A DNA stretch of 32,000 bases from Amoeboradix gromovi X-113 (lineage: Eukaryota > Fungi > Sanchytriomycota): positions 1 through 32,000 of the forward strand of contig JADGIF010000005.1 of assembly GCA_018985225.1 (NCBI GenBank), given 5' to 3'. Each line of letters begins with the position of its first letter. Position 1 is the stretch's first letter. The position numbers and the translations under genes are program-made. Shown in pieces: positions 26,856 through 32,000 of the stretch. Below the pieces are notes generated by a model, which ran no database searches, was not told the origin of the DNA, and saw nothing but the letters and a program-made list of their open reading frames with translations.

Positions 26856-29800
26856 TCAATCCAAAAGTAAATCCTGAAATACGCCCTCGACTGTTTGATT
26901 TGGTTGAAAGTAAGCATTTTTTAACAAATCTATGCATTCTGGGTATCTTTGCATAATACACAAAAGCCTCTGTGGCTCTAGATTACAAAAACCTTGTTTA
27001 GCTAATCCATAGGTATTTAATCCATCCCGTTCATACTTTGCTACACAGCGCACGATCCACTCAAATGGCTTCTCATGGTAAAGCAGCAAATCTATCAATT
27101 CACTTCTCTTCAAAAGTTTTACAAATCCAAGCATAAGCTTCACTGGAATATCTCTTTGTAAAATATTACTGCATTGTACCTGCAAATCAGTATCTTTATT
27201 CATCAACACACTTATGTATTCACCATTTAAGTTTGTAACATTGCAGGTCTTGAAAAAAGGCTCCAATCCATACAGATCTATATCTAGCAGCCTATCAATA
27301 TCGCAGCAACTTAACTTATCAAAGAGGTACTGTCCAATGTATTTAAGAGTCTCACTGTTTAAGAACTTTAAGTGATTTTTAGCTGTCAATGCAAACTTAA
27401 TCCAGTCTATTTTTGTTGAACGAGTATCCAATGCATATATGTCTAATCCGTTCAGAGGTTTAAACAGTATTTTCTTACCGCGCCGAGTCATTTTAGAATA
27501 AAACTCATAATCCATCAATCCAAACAAATTCAACAACAAGTCGTAATCCAAATACTCGGTAAAATGGTTTAAATACAAGCTGCTCAGTTCCTGGTTAAAT
27601 GGTGCCTGATTTCGTAGAAACTCTAAATTCACGTTTCTTGTTATCTTCATATTCGGTATTGTTAAAGACGTAGTAAGCGCCGGAATCAATTGATGCTGAA
27701 CCACAAATGACAACAAACTACCTGGAAGTGGTTCGTAGTATTCATCGGTCTTGTACAAATCCAAAGGTTCATCAAGTAAGACAATGTACTTCACGACTGT
27801 CTTTAATACCGCCAGCGAGGATGCATTGCATGTATCCAACATCTCAACATTACGCCTTTCAATACCGATACTCCACAACAGTTGACGTTGATCTGTCACA
27901 GATGGTGCAGTATTTTCCATGTTTTTGGTGTTTATTTCCATATCATTTGGGAAGTCTACCAGCAATTGCAACACCTGACTAGCTAAATGCATAATCAGTG
28001 GAGTGTTTTTTATTCCTGCATAAAATATCTTGTAGTATGTTAAACCTGGTAATACAGGAAGCTTTGGTATAATATCAATTAAAGTATTTAAAAAATCATA
28101 ATTTAACAGTATATTAAGATAGGGGTTATGGGTAATGCCTTCTAGTACACCTAAAATGGCTACCCCACAACTGGTTTTGGTATTCAGCGATGTAATATTA
28201 TCACAACATTGTTTTAATAAAATTAAGATAGTTTCAACTTGATCAGGGGTAGTAGAGCGACAATAATAGCCAAATGATATCAATTCTAAGCTCCATTTTA
28301 CTATATCAGAGACACTGAACCTGTAGAACTTGCTAAACTGACTAGTGGTGCATGGATATTGAGATAGTAAAATGAATGATTGTAAATAACCATCCCAATG
28401 AATTTCCAATGGCAGAGGCTTTATCGCTTGGATTTCATATCTAGTTTGATGCTGTTGGTAGTCCTTTCGAGGGAGTTCTTGTATTTCTAATTCTACAAAG
28501 AATCCCAAAAAATGAAGTAAATCGTCATGGTTTAAATCTGACGAATTTTTTAAAGTAAAACAAGTCAATTGAGGCTCGATGGATGTCATATATGATATCA
28601 CTAGATCAGAATCTTTTCTAATATATTCTAGCACCATCTTAGATGGTAGTTTGCTGACACACTTCAGCGCTTTTAACCCCACTGATTTATCATAATAATG
28701 GTTAGCAATTTCCAGTTCAGTATTACTCACTATTCTTTTTAGCTTCCCAAGTGGTGGTATTAACGAAAATGCAATTTGGCGGATCAATTCATGAAATGAC
28801 TCAATTTCGGTCATTCTAGCAGTTACTTCTAAGCAGTTCGTAGTTACAAATGGCGCGTTATATGACTTGTATAATAGTGGAAGGATAAACTGCGTAAAAA
28901 TGTCGCGTTGAATAGCTACTGTGAGTGTGTACCAAAGGTCGTAAATCATTGAAAATATAGTATCACAGCACTCAGCCGATATAGAAGGCCATTCTAAAAC
29001 TGGCAGCAATAATGAGCAACACTCTAATGGCTTACGATTCATTAAGATCGGTAGTAATTTGTAATTCACTTTTAAATCAATATGGCGCAACAAATGTGAT
29101 TCCAAGAGGGTAATATATGATATGCGTTTGATTTTGCTGTTGTAATCGTTTAACAAGTATTGATAGGCTATTATCAGTTCGTCATAGTTGTACAAACGTA
29201 AAAGTTGCTGCATTATGTGCTCATCCTCATCATCTCTCTCGCCATCAAAGTACCCACGAGATAAGCAGTGGATTCTATTGTTGAATGGATCAGATTCCAA
29301 AATGCCAAAGATGTGGCGGCGGCAATCTAAATTTAAATACAACTTATTATTCAGCAGCAGCTGGTATTGCTTGTTATTGTTGAACATGTTTGTAAAATGC
29401 CATGTAAATACATAGGATTGCAGCTCAACAGGTAAATCGTAAATGTATGAAATATCATACTCTGACTGAAGTAATTTAGACACTGCATTTAGACAATGGA
29501 ACTCATTTGCATCCAGTGGTATATCAAATGGAGATAGCGTGAGCTTCTTATTTAATACCGACAATAATTTAGAGTCACTTAACTGAGCATAGAACAGTAA
29601 AATATGACTGGCAACTGAGTTACTGTATAGTCTTACACAACTTAATATATGACAACATGGCAATTCTTTAGCAATGCTTCTTAGCATAACTTCCTGCTGT
29701 ATATTACTTGACATTAGTTCTATCAACTGCCATGGGTAGTATCCATCATTATTATCTACAAAATTTGAGCTAAATAGCATCAAGAATTCCGTACATGGAT

Positions 29801-29942
29801 GATTGTTTAATATCCTATAATCTGTTTTTTGACACTGCTTTACGGTGTATTCAATGTCTATATCAACCAAGGCGTATCTAATATCGCTAGGTATCTCATC
29901 AATGTCGAGCATGGTTTCGATGGGATAAAAAATGAAAAACAA
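26856..29942 (-). CDS. Large hypothetical, leucine-rich helical (possibly ARM/HEAT-like) protein
   Basis: Uninterrupted 1028-aa ORF with no recognisable catalytic motif. The start may be the second Met (MLDIDE). Confidence 0.6.
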   Translation of the reverse strand: MFFIFYPIETMLDIDEIPSDIRYALVDIDIEYTVKQCQKTDYRILNNHPCTEFLMLFSSNFVDNNDGYYPWQLIELMSSNIQQEVMLRSIAKELPCCHILSCVRLYSNSVASHILLFYAQLSDSKLLSVLNKKLTLSPFDIPLDANEFHCLNAVSKLLQSEYDISYIYDLPVELQSYVFTWHFTNMFNNNKQYQLLLNNKLYLNLDCRRHIFGILESDPFNNRIHCLSRGYFDGERDDEDEHIMQQLLRLYNYDELIIAYQYLLNDYNSKIKRISYITLLESHLLRHIDLKVNYKLLPILMNRKPLECCSLLLPVLEWPSISAECCDTIFSMIYDLWYTLTVAIQRDIFTQFILPLLYKSYNAPFVTTNCLEVTARMTEIESFHELIRQIAFSLIPPLGKLKRIVSNTELEIANHYYDKSVGLKALKCVSKLPSKMVLEYIRKDSDLVISYMTSIEPQLTCFTLKNSSDLNHDDLLHFLGFFVELEIQELPRKDYQQHQTRYEIQAIKPLPLEIHWDGYLQSFILLSQYPCTTSQFSKFYRFSVSDIVKWSLELISFGYYCRSTTPDQVETILILLKQCCDNITSLNTKTSCGVAILGVLEGITHNPYLNILLNYDFLNTLIDIIPKLPVLPGLTYYKIFYAGIKNTPLIMHLASQVLQLLVDFPNDMEINTKNMENTAPSVTDQRQLLWSIGIERRNVEMLDTCNASSLAVLKTVVKYIVLLDEPLDLYKTDEYYEPLPGSLLSFVVQHQLIPALTTSLTIPNMKITRNVNLEFLRNQAPFNQELSSLYLNHFTEYLDYDLLLNLFGLMDYEFYSKMTRRGKKILFKPLNGLDIYALDTRSTKIDWIKFALTAKNHLKFLNSETLKYIGQYLFDKLSCCDIDRLLDIDLYGLEPFFKTCNVTNLNGEYISVLMNKDTDLQVQCSNILQRDIPVKLMLGFVKLLKRSELIDLLLYHEKPFEWIVRCVAKYERDGLNTYGLAKQGFCNLEPQRLLCIMQRYPECIDLLKNAYFQPNQTVEGVFQDLLLD

Positions 29943-29965
29943 AACATAAAAAATAAAATTTTGAT

Positions 29966-30850
29966 TTACTCTTCGATATTAGAGGAAGCGATATTACTGT
30001 AATACAATGATTTAGTTACATCGTCATTTGAAAATAAACTGCTCTCAACACTATCATCCAATTCCACATTACCTTTTCTGATATTTACAAAAGATTTAGA
30101 CTCCAACACATTTAGCAAGTCGATAAACTCACTGTAACTAGCCAAAGGCACTGAGTGCTTGTTTTTATAAAGGGGTTTACATTTTTGGTAGAGCTGCTGG
30201 AAAGAAACTTTTTTGATCCTTTTTTGTTTATTGATATCAAAAACAAAAGTTAGATAAAGCAAACACAGTAGATGTTTAGCATGAATTGGCATTGCATGGA
30301 ACCTAGTTATTTGCGAACTTTTAGTTACTTCAATCACATCTTTTATGGTTGGATTTTCTGGCAAACATTTTATCCACGATTGAAGACGCCTTACATCTCC
30401 ATCTATATTTGAACACTTTCTGCCTAGAAAATCCAAAATTTTAGAATCGGCTTGAATATCCATGTTACTAACTATGTTTCCTGCTATTTCGGTTAACTCG
30501 CTTGCATTATATGGTGGAAATGAGACAAGTTGTAAATCATTTATGAGTTCGTCTGGAATAAACCCAATATCCAGTGTGTTTGCGATTCCTATCACTTTAA
30601 ATCCATTTTTAACGTGATCAAATACTAATTCCCAATTCTGCTTGCTCATATTATCAATTTCATCCAAAACATTAATTTTTTCGTTCAGTACAATATTATC
30701 ACACATACAATTTATATAATTTAAATTCTTCAGTCTTTTTACAGTAAAAGTCTTACCGCATCCTGGTATTCCAGATATATACATAAATTTTGATTCACTT
30801 CTTACGAAATCAAGTATTTCTTGGTATTCAAGATCCCTAATTTGGGACAT
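29966..30850 (-). CDS. CDC6: Cdc6/Cdc18 (Orc1/Cdc6 family) AAA+ ATPase, minimal
   Basis: MYISGIPGCGKT, YINCM, VLDEID, IGIANTLD, FPPYN and GDVRR are present, with a winged-helix C-terminus (SEFIDLLNVLESKSFV). First ATG at 30850. Confidence 0.8.
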   Translation of the reverse strand: MSQIRDLEYQEILDFVRSESKFMYISGIPGCGKTFTVKRLKNLNYINCMCDNIVLNEKINVLDEIDNMSKQNWELVFDHVKNGFKVIGIANTLDIGFIPDELINDLQLVSFPPYNASELTEIAGNIVSNMDIQADSKILDFLGRKCSNIDGDVRRLQSWIKCLPENPTIKDVIEVTKSSQITRFHAMPIHAKHLLCLLYLTFVFDINKQKRIKKVSFQQLYQKCKPLYKNKHSVPLASYSEFIDLLNVLESKSFVNIRKGNVELDDSVESSLFSNDDVTKSLYYSNIASSNIEE

Positions 30851-31045
30851 GCTCTTCAATAATCAATAAACTTTCCAAAACAGAAGTTTCAAAAATTATG
30901 GCAGCACTCGATTTCAATTGCACAAACCAACTATAGTGATTAAACGAGGCATGCCTATTCAATATGCTCTTTATAAACTTAACTAGCTTTATGAAACAAT
31001 ATACTAGAAACCGGTCTAAAAATGAACTGGAAGTGCAAATAACAG

Positions 31046-31187
31046 GGAAAGACATTGGTAGCCTACTCGTTAAAAGTCCTGATTTCCGAGAAAATCGAGA
31101 ATTTCCACAGAGCAGCTAATGGTAGATCTCCGTTACAGTGACTGCTCACGCTTTCACTACCCTGAGGCGGGATTGAATAAGGATACA
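31046..31187 (-). ncRNA. Predicted Fanzor omegaRNA: scaffold 31187-31066 plus candidate guide TAGGCTACCAATGTCTTTCC
   Basis: Near-identical to the copy 1 scaffold, with conservation ending at CGAG. Confidence 0.7.
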
Positions 31188-31416
31188 TATACTTGATGTA
31201 TATGTTCCTTGCTGCCATATGATCTCTGTCTATCTTCAAATGACACTTTGTACAAGTGTAGGTTTCTAAATTAGTTTTCTTTAGAGTAGCACACCTCGTA
31301 CATGCCATTGAATTTGTTCCTTGGTGCCATGTGGTCCATTTCGACTTCCAAATGACACTATATACATGAATAGCTCTCCAAATTGGTTTTCTTAAGGGTG
31401 CCACATATTGTACATG
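31063..31416 (-). pseudogene. Fanzor2 Zn finger/RuvC-III fragments in tandem
   Basis: 31416-31316: CTICGTLKKTNLESYSCI*CHLEVEMDHMAPRN. 31304-31204: CTRCATLKKTNLETYTCTKCHLKIDRDHMAARN, continuing in frame to the element end. Confidence 0.88.
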
Positions 31417-31620
31417 GTATCGAATTTCCATGCTTGGACCAGCTTATCAGTCTGAGACGAATGTATGCTGTACCTGCTAGTTATTTCTTTAGAATCGATT
31501 TACCATTTGCGAAAAGAATATCGAGTGTTTAGGCTATTAGAAAAATCTGGAAAAGTCTTGAAATTATACAAAAATGCATACAGATTCGCGATAAATGATA
31601 TATTCAAGAAAACAATCGAG
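31066..31620 (-). mobile_element. IS607-like/Fanzor2 non-autonomous element, both ends present (copy 2, 555 bp)
   Basis: Same left and right termini as copy 1. It carries the tnpA HTH remnant (...SKEITSRYSIHSS/LISWSKHG), two tandem Zn-finger/RuvC-III segments and the omegaRNA. Confidence 0.9.
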
Positions 31621-32000
31621 GTCTTTACACCAAATTGTGTCCTCAACTAGCCCTTGTAAGTGCAATAAATTCGTAAAATTTATAACGACTACTTTCTAGT
31701 GAATTTTTAGATGTTTGATAAACCAAAGTCTCTTTAACTACCCACAAAGCGCATCGAATATGTGTATTAAAAGAAATCTGTTAATTAGAAATTTGTGTTC
31801 CTAAAGTAGCAGCGTTATTAACGCTTAGCTAAACTCGATTAACTTCAAAATGTGCAAGATGACTAGTGCTAAATTCTGATCATAAATTTATTGTCTTCGT
31901 AAAATTTCATCATAAATTGAGCAGTACACCCTTTTGTTATGTTTGTATAAATAAAATAGCTTTTTACACACATTTTGCAAATCAACGTCGACCGACTGCA

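Noticed and set aside
2606-29415. Many 60-130-aa ORFs antisense to or nested within larger genes
   Set aside because: Shadow ORFs with no recognisable motifs.
31305-31431. N-terminal half of the supplied 122-aa ORF as real protein
   Set aside because: It is an out-of-frame reading of the duplicated Zn-finger segment.
31465-31650. 61-aa + strand ORF over the repeated left end
   Set aside because: Not kept open in the other two copies. The recognisable HTH is on the opposite strand.
1-32000. Alternative genetic code (TAA/TAG = Gln) to explain in-frame stops in TE fragments
   Set aside because: Conserved genes are long open frames under the standard code and end at TAA, TAG or TGA at expected positions. 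The stops co-occur with frameshifts, indicating decay.

Overview
This is compact, AT-rich eukaryotic nuclear DNA read in the standard genetic code. The gene set suggests an early-diverging, probably zoosporic fungus or a close relative (inference). Housekeeping genes are nearly intron-free and tightly packed: a methionine synthase reductase-like diflavin reductase, ATP15, a shortened BRR2, HIS1, a TopBP1/Rad4-like BRCT protein head-to-head with an MCM10-like gene, LTA4H/LAP2 split by a 19-nt GT-AG intron, NUP42/NUPL2, a PET117-like gene, a minimal CDC6 and a receptor-like LRR protein. The main hidden system is a eukaryotic IS607-like/Fanzor2 (TnpB-derived, RNA-guided nuclease) transposon family, found as at least five remnants (335-567, 13861-14441, about 20807-21543, about 25391-25516, 31066-31620). 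Comparing the copies defines a left end CTCGATTGTTTTC... followed by a TnpA-type HTH, a Fanzor RuvC-II/Zn-finger/RuvC-III segment, a structured ~125-nt omegaRNA scaffold ending ...GACTTTTAACGAG, four different downstream candidate guides and a probable AG insertion/TAM core. No intact nuclease or transposase gene lies in the window. Also present: a two-copy TIR MITE, a decayed hAT-like transposase, a possible Fanzor1-like relic and an internally deleted FtsX-type permease pseudogene. All family calls come from motif recognition by eye; no searches were run.
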